Shown: positions 18,302-28,280, counted from the stretch's first letter. The stretch is DNA of 64,000 nt from Candidatus Bathyarchaeota archaeon (GCA_963769845.1 CAVYNL010000033.1:1-64000); one strand, 5' to 3'. Notes: a model not told the origin generated them from the letters alone. A program made the numbers and translations.

Positions 18302-19513
18302 ATGACTGAAAGTTGTGCAGCCGCAGTAACGATCAACCAGGACCTTTGCAGTAAGTGCTCCATTTGCCATTCAATCTGTCCCTACGAAGCCATCAAGCGG
18401 GACCAGGAAACTGGTAAAGTTGAGATTGACTTGCAGAAGTGCCAGGTCTGCGGCATATGCTACAGCGCCTGCCCGTCCATGGCGATCGAGATCAAGTATT
18501 ACGATTATGACAGCCTCGTGAAGCTCGTCAAGGAAATGCATGAGAAGTGCGACAGCGACACGCTCGTTCTGATGTGCAGGGGCAACTCGCCCTCAACCTG
18601 CGAGGTCCAAGAGATGCTGGAAAAGGAAGGCTTGAACGTCAAAGATTACATTCCGTTACGATTACCGTGCGCGGGACGGGTGCCCTCCGAGTTCGTGTTC
18701 AAGGTCCTGAAAGCGGGCATCAAAAGGGTCATCTCGATCCAGTGTGAGGACAAATACTGCAGGTATAAGGAAGGCACGAGGATTGGCAACAGGCGGATGA
18801 CGCTGGGCAGAGCCGTGCTGGAGCAGTTCGGCCTCAGCAAAGACGCGTTCAAGGTTGTGAGATACTCTCGGAAGGTCGTTTATGACACTTCCAAGTGCGT
18901 GGGCTGCGACAAGTGCGTTTTCATATGCCCGTACAAGGCGATCGAGGCTGAACCGTTTGCCACGCCCAACGTGCTTTTCGACGATTGCATGGGCTGCGGC
19001 GCATGCGCACTGGTCTGTCCGCACCAGGCGATCGAGGTCAAGGGCTTCGAGTTCGAAACCGTGCTCAAGCGCTACGGGGAAGCGGCGACGAAACTGAAGG
19101 CGCAGGGCAAAAGCCCAATCATCCTGGTTTTTGTATGTCAGTGGTCAGAGTTCTCGGCGTTGGACCAGCCTGAGAGGGAATTGCTGAAGAAGAACGCAGT
19201 GACCCTGGAGGTTCCATGTTTCAAGGCCCTCGACCCTGTACACGTGGTTAACGCGTTGCAGAGCGGTTTTGACGGGGTCATGGCCGTGGTGTGTGCGCCT
19301 GAGGATTGTAAGCTTCAGGAAGGCAAGGAGACGGCTGAAAGAAACGTTGCCGTTCTGAAGAACGTGTTGAAAAAGCTGGGGCTGCTGAACCGTTTCGAGC
19401 TCTTCTATGCTTCGCCGAGGTGCATGGGCGACTTCAACCAGAAGCTGGAGGAGTTTTACAGGAGAATTGCCGTGTTGCCATCGTTGAAGATGGAGGTGAA
19501 GGTGCGTGTATGA
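18302..19513 (+). CDS. duplicated module protein: [2x4Fe-4S ferredoxin + MvhD-like domain] x 2
   Basis: Two ferredoxin pairs (CSKCSICHSICP/CQVCGICYSACP and CVGCDKCVFICP/CMGCGACALVCP). Each is followed by an MvhD-like Cys pattern (LVLMCRGNSPSTC...LPCAGRV...IQCEDKYC and ILVFVCQWSEF...VPCFKAL...VVCAPEDC). Confidence 0.8.
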   Translation: MTESCAAAVTINQDLCSKCSICHSICPYEAIKRDQETGKVEIDLQKCQVCGICYSACPSMAIEIKYYDYDSLVKLVKEMHEKCDSDTLVLMCRGNSPSTCEVQEMLEKEGLNVKDYIPLRLPCAGRVPSEFVFKVLKAGIKRVISIQCEDKYCRYKEGTRIGNRRMTLGRAVLEQFGLSKDAFKVVRYSRKVVYDTSKCVGCDKCVFICPYKAIEAEPFATPNVLFDDCMGCGACALVCPHQAIEVKGFEFETVLKRYGEAATKLKAQGKSPIILVFVCQWSEFSALDQPERELLKKNAVTLEVPCFKALDPVHVVNALQSGFDGVMAVVCAPEDCKLQEGKETAERNVAVLKNVLKKLGLLNRFELFYASPRCMGDFNQKLEEFYRRIAVLPSLKMEVKVRV

Positions 19514-20345
19514 GATACTGAAGAAAAGAGAGCTTGCGCCCAAGATCAAGTGGTTTGAGGTCAGAGCGCCCGAGATGGCTGAAAAAGCAAAGCCCGGCCA
19601 GTTCATAATAGTGGTAATCGACGAGAAGGGCGAACGCGTGCCCTTGACGATAGCTGGCATCGACCCGAAGAAGGGCACCGTGAGCTTCGCGTTCAACGAG
19701 GTCGGCAAGACAACGAAGCAGCTCGGATGCATGAAAGAGGGTGACAGCATCTGGAACGTCACTGGACCGCTTGGTGTGCCGTCGGAAATCAAGAAATACG
19801 GCAAGGTCCTGTGCGTCGGCGGTGGCGTGATGATCGCGCCCATGCTGTTGCAGGTCAAGGCCCTTCGAGAGGCAGGCAACTCGGTTGTGAGTGTTGTGGG
19901 CGCGAGGATCAAGGAACTGCTGTTCTTCGAGGACGAGGTCAAGGCTTTGAGCGACGGCTTCTACGTGGCGACGGATGACGAGTCGAGAGGCTATAAGGGC
20001 TTAGACTTCCTGAAGGGCGTGCTTGAGAAGGAACGGTTTGACAGGTGCATCGTGTATGGGCCGGTTGTAATGATGAAGGATGTCTCGGAGATCACGCGAC
20101 CTTTCAGCATTCCGACGGTTGTGAACCTGACGCCGATCATGATTGATGGCATGGGAATGTGCGGCGTGTGCAGAGTTTCTGTGGGCGGCAAGATGAAGTT
20201 CGGTTGTGTGGACGGGCCAGAGTTCGACGGGCACAAGGTGAATTTTGACGAGCTGGTGAACAGGCAGAGGATGTTCCTGCCAGAGGAACGGTTGAGCTCG
20301 ATGCTGTGGGAGAGGCAAGGAGGATGCGGCTGTGGCGGAAAGTAA
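19506..20345 (+). CDS. nfnA: NfnA/SudB-like subunit (PyrK-type FAD + [2Fe-2S] electron-transfer subunit)
   Basis: FeS motif CGVCRVSVGGKMKFGCVDGPEFDG and NAD/FAD-binding region VLCVGGGVMIAPM. Its start overlaps the upstream gene by 8 nt. Confidence 0.8.
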   Translation: MYEILKKRELAPKIKWFEVRAPEMAEKAKPGQFIIVVIDEKGERVPLTIAGIDPKKGTVSFAFNEVGKTTKQLGCMKEGDSIWNVTGPLGVPSEIKKYGKVLCVGGGVMIAPMLLQVKALREAGNSVVSVVGARIKELLFFEDEVKALSDGFYVATDDESRGYKGLDFLKGVLEKERFDRCIVYGPVVMMKDVSEITRPFSIPTVVNLTPIMIDGMGMCGVCRVSVGGKMKFGCVDGPEFDGHKVNFDELVNRQRMFLPEERLSSMLWERQGGCGCGGK

Positions 20346-21747
20346 GCCGAAGCCTAAGCTGAAGAAAGAAGCCGTGCCGATGCCTAAGCAGGCACCGAAA
20401 GTGAGAAGAGAGAATTTTGAAGAGGTGGCCACGGGCTACACGGAACAGCAGGCACTCGAAGAAGCAAGCCGCTGCCTGCAGTGTCCGAAACCACAGTGCG
20501 TGACGGGATGCCCCGTGGGGATCTGCATTCCAGATTTCATCAAACTACTGCGAGAGGGAAAGTACGAGGAGGCCATTCAGAAGATCAAGGAAAAGAACGC
20601 GCTGCCAGCCGTCTGCGGAAGAGTGTGTCCGCAGGAAGAACAGTGCCAAAAAAAGTGCATTATGGGAAAAGTCGCTGAGCCAGTGAGCATAGGCAGGCTT
20701 GAACGATGGCTCGCAGACTGGGAAAGAGAAAAGGGGGTCAAAGCACCTGCCAAAACTACATCTACTGGAAAGAAAGTTGCCGTCATCGGCGCCGGTCCGG
20801 CTGGACTGACGGTCGCGGCTGAGCTCGCCAGGCTGGGGCACAAGGTAGTCATGTACGAGGCGCTACATCTGCCAGGCGGCGTGCTGATCTACGGCATCCC
20901 CGAGTTCCGTCTGCCCAAGAGCATCGTTCGGTCCGAGGTGGACTACGTTCAGAAACTGGGAGTCGACCTGAACTTGGGGTATCTGATAGGGAGGATACAC
21001 ACGATTCCCGAACTGCTCAAACAGCGCGGGTTCGACGCGGTTTTTATCGGGACAGGAGCGGGGTTACCGGCGTTCATGGGCTTGCCGGGAGAAGGCCTGG
21101 GAGGTGTCTATTCTGCCAGCGAGTTCTTGATCAGGGTCAACTTGATGAAGTCTTACGCGTTTCCAATCTATGATACGCCCATCAGGGTCGGAAGGCACGT
21201 TGTGGTCATAGGCGGCGGGAACGTGGCGATGGACTCTGCCCGGTCTGCACTGCGTCTGGGCGCTGAAGAAGTCTGTATTGTCTACAGGCGCTCCAGAGAG
21301 GAAATGCCCGCGAGGAAGGAGGAGATCGAGAACGCGGAGGAGGAGGGAATACTCTGCAAGTTCTTGGCCAACCCGACAAGGTTTGTTGGTGATGAGAAGG
21401 GCTGGGTGAAAGCAATGGAGTGCGTCTGCATGGAACTCGGACCACCAGACGAATCAGGCCGAAGGAGACCTGCACCCGTCAAAGGATCAGAGTTCGTGAT
21501 GGACACAGACACGGTGATAGTCGCTGTTGGAAGAAGCCCCAACCCAATAATACAAAGCACCACAGAAGGACTAGCGGTGACAAAGTGGGGAACCATAATG
21601 GCAGATGACAACGGCAAGACGAACATCGAAGGAGTCTACGCTGGCGGAGACATAGTAACGGGTGAAGCCACCGTCATAAGCGCCATGGGCGCAGGCAAAA
21701 AAGCAGCAAAAGCAATACATGAATACTTGATGACCTGCAAATCCTAG
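20332..21747 (+). CDS. nfnB: NfnB/SudA/GltD-like subunit (NAD(P)H:ferredoxin oxidoreductase large subunit, 2x[4Fe-4S] + FAD + NAD(P))
   Basis: CLQCPKPQCVTGCPVGICIP and CGRVCPQEEQCQKKC, then VAVIGAGPAGL...VVVIGGGNVAMD...GVYAGGD. 471 aa. Overlaps nfnA by 14 nt. Confidence 0.85.
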   Translation: MAESKPKPKLKKEAVPMPKQAPKVRRENFEEVATGYTEQQALEEASRCLQCPKPQCVTGCPVGICIPDFIKLLREGKYEEAIQKIKEKNALPAVCGRVCPQEEQCQKKCIMGKVAEPVSIGRLERWLADWEREKGVKAPAKTTSTGKKVAVIGAGPAGLTVAAELARLGHKVVMYEALHLPGGVLIYGIPEFRLPKSIVRSEVDYVQKLGVDLNLGYLIGRIHTIPELLKQRGFDAVFIGTGAGLPAFMGLPGEGLGGVYSASEFLIRVNLMKSYAFPIYDTPIRVGRHVVVIGGGNVAMDSARSALRLGAEEVCIVYRRSREEMPARKEEIENAEEEGILCKFLANPTRFVGDEKGWVKAMECVCMELGPPDESGRRRPAPVKGSEFVMDTDTVIVAVGRSPNPIIQSTTEGLAVTKWGTIMADDNGKTNIEGVYAGGDIVTGEATVISAMGAGKKAAKAIHEYLMTCKS

Positions 21748-21798
21748 TCTGAACGCGAACTCGCTCACGCGTCTTTGGCTTTGTTCACAGATTGCGCA

Positions 21799-22680
21799 TT
21801 AGTCCGAGTCCTGTACGACCGTGTATTCGTTCTCGCTTCTTACTCCCAGTCCGAGTGCGGTTGCGCGGCGGATTTGGGTGTAGCTCCACGGGTCATCTTT
21901 CAGTTTGGAATTTTCGTAACTCGCGATGACTTTGATGGATTCGACATCCATGGCCACTCGGTCTCCTGAAGCAAGAATGACGTTTGCGTCTCGCACCTGG
22001 CCACTGAAGGGTCCTCCCGATATGAAGCATTTTCTTCCGTCCATGATTATCAGGTTTGGATGCACGACTAGGTTCAGGTCGATGAGCTTTTCTTTCAAGT
22101 GCCTGACGTGAAACGCCATTCTCTCGCTCTTCTTCGTGAACCCGAAGGCCAGCTTCAGGCTGAGGGAGAAGTCAGCGCGGAAGTGTGTCTTCATGCAGCA
22201 GGAATAGACTATCTTGTCAGCCTGCATGGCTCGTTCTGCCAAGCTCACATGCTTGAGATATTCCCCGCCCACATTGACCTTGACGAATTCTTCCTCATCG
22301 AAAAACGCGACCTCTGCGCCAGTGCCTTTCAGTGCATCGAGTGTTCCAGCTCGCTCCAGCGCCTTCCGAGTAGCGAGCCCCTGCCAAGAAGACTCCCCCA
22401 CGATCACTTTTCCAGCGCCATGCTCAAACAACAACTCAACTATAGCCTTAAGGAATTCAGGGTCGCTCGATGCAGGCGAGGGATCGGCGCTATTGTAATT
22501 AGGCTTGAGCAGAACGCGGTCACCCTTGTTGAGGACCTTGTCGAAACCGCCAATCAGGTTGACAGCTTTGAGGATGTCCTTTTTCAGGTCTCCCGAAACA
22601 GCAATCTTGCTCAAAAGGACCTTGCCGTCCTTCGTAAACGGGTTGCCTGTGATTCTTCCGATTCCTTCATTCGACGACAT
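21799..22680 (-). CDS. DUF362 domain protein
   Basis: LLKPNYNSADPSPASSDPEFLKAIVELLFEHGAGKVIVGES matches the DUF362 signature (KPN...T.PEVV.AVVE). It is convergent with nfnB. Confidence 0.6.
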   Translation of the reverse strand: MSSNEGIGRITGNPFTKDGKVLLSKIAVSGDLKKDILKAVNLIGGFDKVLNKGDRVLLKPNYNSADPSPASSDPEFLKAIVELLFEHGAGKVIVGESSWQGLATRKALERAGTLDALKGTGAEVAFFDEEEFVKVNVGGEYLKHVSLAERAMQADKIVYSCCMKTHFRADFSLSLKLAFGFTKKSERMAFHVRHLKEKLIDLNLVVHPNLIIMDGRKCFISGGPFSGQVRDANVILASGDRVAMDVESIKVIASYENSKLKDDPWSYTQIRRATALGLGVRSENEYTVVQDSD

Positions 22681-22796
22681 GGAAAAACACCGAGAATGGC
22701 ACTGAGAATATGAGACCGTTCAGCACAGGTTTAGCCTTCGCGGCCAACTTCCGATCACCACGTTCGACCAAGAGCGCGCCAACCACGGGCAGCAAT

Positions 22797-23132
22797 TCAT
22801 TTTCTGTGTCTTCGAATTCTCTCTTGTTTCTGCGTTTTTCTGCGCCATTCCCGCTTCTTCTGCGTCCTTATCATCGCCCGACCAAAACCGCGTTGATAGC
22901 CTTCTTCGCCCCTGAACTGGCTAATGTTTCTGTAGAAGGCCTGACAGTCTATCTTGTTCTGCTGCAAAGCCACAATATTCTCGTTAAGCTGCTTCTTGCC
23001 CTCTTCGCCAGAAGTCTTGTCGAAAGCGTCAGAATATGCCATGTAGGCGACGTGAAACTGAAAATTCGACAAATCATCAATCAAAAGCTTCTCAGCAGGA
23101 GCCACTTTGGTCTCTTCAGAACCTTCAGCCAT
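22797..23132 (-). CDS. hypothetical protein with a strongly basic C-terminal tail (RTQKKREWRRKTQKQERIRRHRK)
   Basis: ORF only; possibly nucleic-acid binding. Confidence 0.3.
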   Translation of the reverse strand: MAEGSEETKVAPAEKLLIDDLSNFQFHVAYMAYSDAFDKTSGEEGKKQLNENIVALQQNKIDCQAFYRNISQFRGEEGYQRGFGRAMIRTQKKREWRRKTQKQERIRRHRK

Positions 23133-23282
23133 AGTTCCCCAAGCTTAACAACATACCACAAATACCAACCTTCCCTTTATAATTAACGCATAACCTCACC
23201 GCAAAAGAACAGCCCATGGCCTTCACAGTAATATTAAATAGACAAGTCAAGGCTAACCATAAAGGCTAAAAAGTGAACGAAC

Positions 23283-24572
23283 ATGCTCGACATCAAACTC
23301 ATTCGCGAGAACCCGGACCTCATAAGGGAGAATCTAAAGAAAAGGGGAGACCCTGAAAACCTCAAGATGCTCGACACGCTCATCGAGTATGACGAGCAGT
23401 GGCGTCAAGGCCTGACCCGCCTCAACGAGCTACGCCACGAAAGAAAACAGACAACCGCAGAAATTGCCACCGCAAAAAAAGCCGGCAAAGACGCTAAGAG
23501 TGAGATTGCCAAAGCCAAAACAATAGACAACGAAATCACCACTCTGGAAAAGCAGGTCACAGGATGCGAAGAAAAGCAACACGACCTCCTCCTTCGCCTC
23601 CCAAACCTCCTGCACGAGTCCGTGCCTCAGGGCAGGGATGAAAAAGACAACCAGGAAATCCGCCGATGGGGCAGACCTCCCAAATTCACGTTTACACCTA
23701 AAGGCCACATGGAAATCGGCTTGGCACTAGACATATTTGATATTGAAAGAGCCGGCAAAATCGCTGGAGCCCGCTTCTTCTACCTCAAGAACGAAGCCGT
23801 GCTACTCGACAACGCCATAATCCAGTTCGCACTGGAAGAATTGAGAAAGAAAGGTTACACACCAGTAGAGCCGCCTTACCTGATGCATCGTAAACCGTAT
23901 GAGGGCGTCGTAGCCCTGGCAGACTTCGAAGACGTGCTGTACAAGATCGAGAACGAAGACCTCTACCTCATCGCCACGTCAGAGCATCCGATGGCCGCCA
24001 TGTATATGGACGAAGTCCTCAAGGCCGAAGACCTCCCACTCAAGCTCGCAGGCTTCAGCACAAACTTCCGCAAAGAAGCAGGCGCACACGGCAAAGACAC
24101 ACGCGGAATATTCCGCACCCACCAATTCAACAAAGTCGAACAATTCATCTTCACAAAACCCGAAAGCTCATGGCAACTCCACGAAGAACTCATCCAAAAC
24201 GCAGAAATGCTCACACAGAAACTCGGCCTACCCTACCGCATCGTAAACGTGTGCACAGGCGACATCGGCACAGTAGCAGCCAAAAAATACGATTTAGAAG
24301 CTTGGATGCCCGCCCAAAACGCCTACCGCGAGCTACACTCATGCAGCAACTGCACCGATTATCAAGCACGAAGGCTCAACATACGCTACCGCGAAAAAGA
24401 GGGCGAAGCGCCAAAAGGCTTCGTTCACACGCTCAACTCGACAGCCTTTGCCACAGGACGCACAATCGTAGCTATATTGGAAAACTTCCAGAAAGAAGAC
24501 GGCACAGTAGCAATTCCTGAAGCGCTGAGAAAGTACATGGGAGCAATCAAGGAAATCACCTCTAATCGGTAA
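23283..24572 (+). CDS. serS: seryl-tRNA synthetase
   Basis: N-terminal coiled-coil arm (MLDIKLIRENPDLIRENLKKRGD...). Class II catalytic core with FRKEAGAHGKDTRGIFRTHQFNKVE. 429 aa. Confidence 0.9.
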   Translation: MLDIKLIRENPDLIRENLKKRGDPENLKMLDTLIEYDEQWRQGLTRLNELRHERKQTTAEIATAKKAGKDAKSEIAKAKTIDNEITTLEKQVTGCEEKQHDLLLRLPNLLHESVPQGRDEKDNQEIRRWGRPPKFTFTPKGHMEIGLALDIFDIERAGKIAGARFFYLKNEAVLLDNAIIQFALEELRKKGYTPVEPPYLMHRKPYEGVVALADFEDVLYKIENEDLYLIATSEHPMAAMYMDEVLKAEDLPLKLAGFSTNFRKEAGAHGKDTRGIFRTHQFNKVEQFIFTKPESSWQLHEELIQNAEMLTQKLGLPYRIVNVCTGDIGTVAAKKYDLEAWMPAQNAYRELHSCSNCTDYQARRLNIRYREKEGEAPKGFVHTLNSTAFATGRTIVAILENFQKEDGTVAIPEALRKYMGAIKEITSNR

Positions 24573-24623
24573 AACTTTTAATAGTATGATGCGAACCTTT
24601 CAACTCGCATTCGGAGGCATAAA

Positions 24624-25232
24624 GTGTCCAGTAAGACAAAACGCATCCGCGACAAATGGCGCAGCAAGACATGGTACATGGTCATGGCTCCACCCTACTT
24701 CGGAAACGTTGAACTCGGAGCCATCCCCGCAGACGAGCCTGAAAAGCTAATAGGCAGAGTAGTAGACTCCACGCTCTACGATATAACCAACGATTTCAGC
24801 CACCAATACCTGAAGATGCGCTTCCAGATCACGGAGATCGAAGGCAAAAACGCCAAAACAAGTTTCAAGGGCCACGAATACAGCCGTGACTACCTGCGCA
24901 GTCTCGTACGCAGGAGGACAACAAAGGTAGACGGCCTCTTCAAGATCACCACAAAAGACGGATACTCCCTCCGCGTCGCCGTAAGCGCCTTCACGCTTTC
25001 ACGCATCAAAACATCACAAGAGCACGTGCTCCGGAGAATAATGGACAAGATAATAAAAGAAAAAGCAGCTGCGCTTACGATGGACCAGTTTGCGCAGGAA
25101 ATCGTCCTGGGCAAGATAGCCTCGGACATCTATAACGAAGCAAAGAAGATCGCGCCTTTGCGACACGTGGGCATCAGAGGGTCAAAAGTCATAACCCAAC
25201 TGGCCCAGCTTCCCAAACAAGCAGCCGAATAG
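24624..25232 (+). CDS. rps3ae: 30S ribosomal protein S3Ae (eS1)
   Basis: KRIRDKWRSKTWYMVMAPPYFGNVELG...YLKMRFQITEIEGKNAKTSFKGHE is a typical S3Ae sequence. Confidence 0.85.
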   Translation: MSSKTKRIRDKWRSKTWYMVMAPPYFGNVELGAIPADEPEKLIGRVVDSTLYDITNDFSHQYLKMRFQITEIEGKNAKTSFKGHEYSRDYLRSLVRRRTTKVDGLFKITTKDGYSLRVAVSAFTLSRIKTSQEHVLRRIMDKIIKEKAAALTMDQFAQEIVLGKIASDIYNEAKKIAPLRHVGIRGSKVITQLAQLPKQAAE

Positions 25233-25244
25233 CCACCAGCGCGC

Positions 25245-25264
25245 TCCCAACAGACTTGTTGGGA
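25245..25264. terminator. perfect 9-bp-stem hairpin (TCCCAACAG-AC-TTGTTGGGA) between the convergent genes rps3ae and korG, adjacent to an AGCGCGCT motif
   Basis: Inverted repeat read directly from the sequence. Confidence 0.25.
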
Positions 25265-25446
25265 TTCGCAGATTTTCTTTCTCTCACGAGTGACCTACCT
25301 AGTTTCGTATATGGTCCAAATATGCGTACAGAGTGTAAAGCTGAGCAAGCGGATACGTCCTCAGAACCCCCGCACACGACTGCAAATTCGTTATGTGTAG
25401 GAACGCTATCTGGTCTTCTGCGACTCCCAGATTATCTATAGTGTCT

Positions 25447-25983
25447 CTACAGTTTCTTCCCGAACTCGTATCCTTTCTCAAAAGCAGCCAGGTTCAATTC
25501 CTCAGTGCCCTTGGGAATGTTCTCCTTGATTGCTTCCTTCATCGCATCAGTATCCAGCAAACGCGTGATCGCGACGAAACCGCCCAGCATTACAATGTTC
25601 GCAACGATACGCCTGCCAAGCTGCTCCGCGATCTTCGTGGCCGGAACCTTGTACACCTTCACACCCTTCAACCCCTTCTCCGACGGAATCATATCAGGGT
25701 CCATGATCACTGTCCCGCCCGCCTTCACGTCGCCCGTGTAGTCATTGTACGCGTGTTGACTCATCACCACGAGCACGTCGGGCTCAACAACCTTCGGAAA
25801 ATCGATGTCCTCCTCAGAAATCACGACCTCAGACTTGCACGCTCCGCCCCTGGACTCAGGCCCGTAAGATTGCGTCTGCACAGCGTTCTTCCCGCCGTGG
25901 ATGCAAGCCGCTGAGGCCACGATGATGCCAGATTTGATGATGCCCTGACCGCCGAAACCCGCAAACCTAATCTCAACACGCAT
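25447..25983 (-). CDS. korG: 2-oxoacid:ferredoxin oxidoreductase gamma subunit
   Basis: MRVEIRFAGFGGQGIIKSGIIVASAA...PESRGGA is a Por/Kor gamma signature. Confidence 0.85.
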   Translation of the reverse strand: MRVEIRFAGFGGQGIIKSGIIVASAACIHGGKNAVQTQSYGPESRGGACKSEVVISEEDIDFPKVVEPDVLVVMSQHAYNDYTGDVKAGGTVIMDPDMIPSEKGLKGVKVYKVPATKIAEQLGRRIVANIVMLGGFVAITRLLDTDAMKEAIKENIPKGTEELNLAAFEKGYEFGKKL

Positions 25984-25985
25984 GT

Positions 25986-26834
25986 CTATTGCACCTTCTC
26001 CATAGCTTTCTCGTTAATCTTCGAGATCTTCTCATGCAATAACTTCTCGTAACTTAGCTTTTCAATGTCCACAAACTCGCCCACCGCAATCCTGTCCTGC
26101 GAAATGTCCGCCTTAGCCGGGTCAGAAAAATTCTCAACAACTGAAGCCCGCTTGAACCAGTCCATCATCTCCAGCCCAGAGCGCATCTTGTTCTGCCTGC
26201 CGAAAATCTCCGGACACGGCGACAGCACCTCCACGAAGCAGAACCCCTCCTTCTGCAACAGTTTCTTGATAGACTGCGTCAGCCTACGCACATGCAGAGT
26301 CGTCCACCTCGCCACATAAGTCGAGCCTGAAGCAGCAGCCAGATGCACGAGGTTAAACGGATGCTCCACATTCCCATAAGGGCTCGTCGCAGTAATCGAA
26401 TCCAAAGGCGTCGTCGGTCCCTGCTGCCCACCGGTCATGCCATAATTCAAATTGTTAACGCAGATCACCTTCACGCCGATGTTCCTCCGCGCCGCATGGA
26501 TGAAGTGGTTGCCACCGATGGCGAACAGGTCACCGTCACCACTGACAACGACGACCTCCAACTCGGGGTTCGCGAGCTTCACGCCTGTGGCGAACGCTAA
26601 TGCCCGTCCGTGCGTCGTGTGGAAAGAATCAGCGTACGTGTACCCAGCCGTGCGTCCGATGCAGCCGATTCCCGAGACTATCACAAGCTTGTCCAGGTCA
26701 GTCTTCAACTCGTCCAAAGCATGGACGAAACAGTTCAAGACAATGCCGTTACCGCAGCCTGCACACCAGATGTGCGGCATCATCTCCGCTCGAAGATACT
26801 TCGCAAACGGATGAACCAATTCTTGCACCATCAA
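25986..26834 (-). CDS. korB: 2-oxoacid:ferredoxin oxidoreductase beta subunit (TPP-binding)
   Basis: WCAGCGNG...GIGC...SGDGD is a TPP-binding beta subunit motif. Confidence 0.9.
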   Translation of the reverse strand: MMVQELVHPFAKYLRAEMMPHIWCAGCGNGIVLNCFVHALDELKTDLDKLVIVSGIGCIGRTAGYTYADSFHTTHGRALAFATGVKLANPELEVVVVSGDGDLFAIGGNHFIHAARRNIGVKVICVNNLNYGMTGGQQGPTTPLDSITATSPYGNVEHPFNLVHLAAASGSTYVARWTTLHVRRLTQSIKKLLQKEGFCFVEVLSPCPEIFGRQNKMRSGLEMMDWFKRASVVENFSDPAKADISQDRIAVGEFVDIEKLSYEKLLHEKISKINEKAMEKVQ

Positions 26835-27991
26835 CTACTCCTCCTGATAGACTCCAATATTTCCAGAGGCGTGTGCGGCTCCTCCCCAAGCTTCCCCAGA
26901 AAAGAGACAGGAGTCTCCTTAGCTGCCCGCTCAACCTCACGAACAAGCTGCCCACAATTCATCTCTGGAACAACAATCTTCTCCGCCTGTTGCGCAACCT
27001 TGGCCACTTGCTTCTCGGGGAAAGGCCACAAAGTGATAAGCCGCAACAGTCCAGCCTTGATGCCCTTCTCCCGCGCTTTTCGAACTGCGCTTAACGCGGC
27101 GCGTGCAACGATGCCGTAGGCGACAACAACCACGTCCGCATCGTCCAGCATCACTTCTTCTACCCTGATTATCTTGTCAGCGTTCTTGCCTATCTTTTCG
27201 CACAGCCTTCGAACCAGCCTCTGCTGTACTTCGGTGCTCGAAGTCTTCGGAAAACCATGCTCATCATGCGTCAGACCCGTCGCGTGAAAACGATACCCCT
27301 CACCGAAACAGGCCATCGGCGGAACCAAGTCAGCATCAGGCAGGAACGGCTCATACTCCTCACGCGGCACGTTCGGCTTCTTTCGATTCAAGGTCCTGAT
27401 CTTGTCCCCGGCTGGAATCGTCACCTTCTCCCACATGTGCCCCACAATCTCATCCGCCATCAACAACGTCGGCACACGATAAGTCTCAGCCAAGTTGAAT
27501 GCCTCAACAGTCAGATTGAACATTTCCTGCACAGAACTGGGCGTCAAAGCGATGATCCCATAATCCCCATGCGAACCCCACTTCGCCTGCATGACATCCT
27601 GCTGCCCCGGCATAGTCGGCTGACCCGTACTCGGACCGCCACGCATAACATCCACAACCACACACGGCGCTTCAGTCATTACTGCCAAACCGATGTTCTC
27701 CTGCATAAGACTGAAACCCGGACCCGACGTGGCCGTCATGGCTTTCAAACCACTGTAGGAAGCACCTATGACGGCGGCCATCGACGCAATTTCGTCCTCC
27801 ATCTGAATGTATATCCCGCCGATCTCCGGCATCCTCAGCGACAAATGTTCAGCAATCTCTGTAGCTGGCGTAATCGGGTAACCAGCGAAGAACCTGCAAC
27901 CAGCCGCCAAGGCGCCTTCCGCGCAGGCAACGTCACCGTTCATGAAATGCGGGCCGCTCAAAGCGTTCCTAGTCTTAGTCATGTTTACCAC
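26831..27991 (-). CDS. korA: 2-oxoacid:ferredoxin oxidoreductase alpha subunit
   Basis: GDVACAEGALAAGCRFFAGYPITPATEI...SGPGFSLMQE is a Por/Kor alpha signature. Overlaps korB by 4 nt (ATGA). Confidence 0.9.
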   Translation of the reverse strand: MVNMTKTRNALSGPHFMNGDVACAEGALAAGCRFFAGYPITPATEIAEHLSLRMPEIGGIYIQMEDEIASMAAVIGASYSGLKAMTATSGPGFSLMQENIGLAVMTEAPCVVVDVMRGGPSTGQPTMPGQQDVMQAKWGSHGDYGIIALTPSSVQEMFNLTVEAFNLAETYRVPTLLMADEIVGHMWEKVTIPAGDKIRTLNRKKPNVPREEYEPFLPDADLVPPMACFGEGYRFHATGLTHDEHGFPKTSSTEVQQRLVRRLCEKIGKNADKIIRVEEVMLDDADVVVVAYGIVARAALSAVRKAREKGIKAGLLRLITLWPFPEKQVAKVAQQAEKIVVPEMNCGQLVREVERAAKETPVSFLGKLGEEPHTPLEILESIRRSS

Positions 27992-28280
27992 CCTTCACTT
28001 CCACTTTCTCAACACCCTGAGGTTTCTCAACCACATAAATCGCGAAATCAGGACAGACCGCCGTGCAGAAGCCGCACATGATGCAATCCTCCTCATGCGC
28101 GACTCTTGGAGGATGAACACCCCTAGCGTTGATCTCGTCCGACTCCTCCAGCACCTTCTTCGGACAAAACTCGATACAGTACCCGCAGCCCTTGCACTCG
28201 TCCTTAATTAGATGAACCTCGCCCCTAGAGGCTTTGACCTTGTCCTTATCCAAGGGCGCATGCTTAATCCGTTCAGGCAT
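27975..28280 (-). CDS. korD: 2-oxoacid:ferredoxin oxidoreductase delta subunit (2x[4Fe-4S] ferredoxin)
   Basis: CKGCGYCIEFCP and CIMCGFCTAVCP. 101 aa. Overlaps the korA start. Confidence 0.85.
   Translation of the reverse strand: MPERIKHAPLDKDKVKASRGEVHLIKDECKGCGYCIEFCPKKVLEESDEINARGVHPPRVAHEEDCIMCGFCTAVCPDFAIYVVEKPQGVEKVEVKGGKHD

Noticed and set aside
19145-19942. 265-aa minus-strand ORF antisense to nfnA
   Set aside because: Low-complexity S/T/P-rich translation. The sense frame has clear PyrK/NfnA motifs.
27257-28081. 274-aa plus-strand ORF antisense to korA/korD
   Set aside because: Arg/His-rich low-complexity translation. The sense strand encodes Kor alpha with strong motifs.
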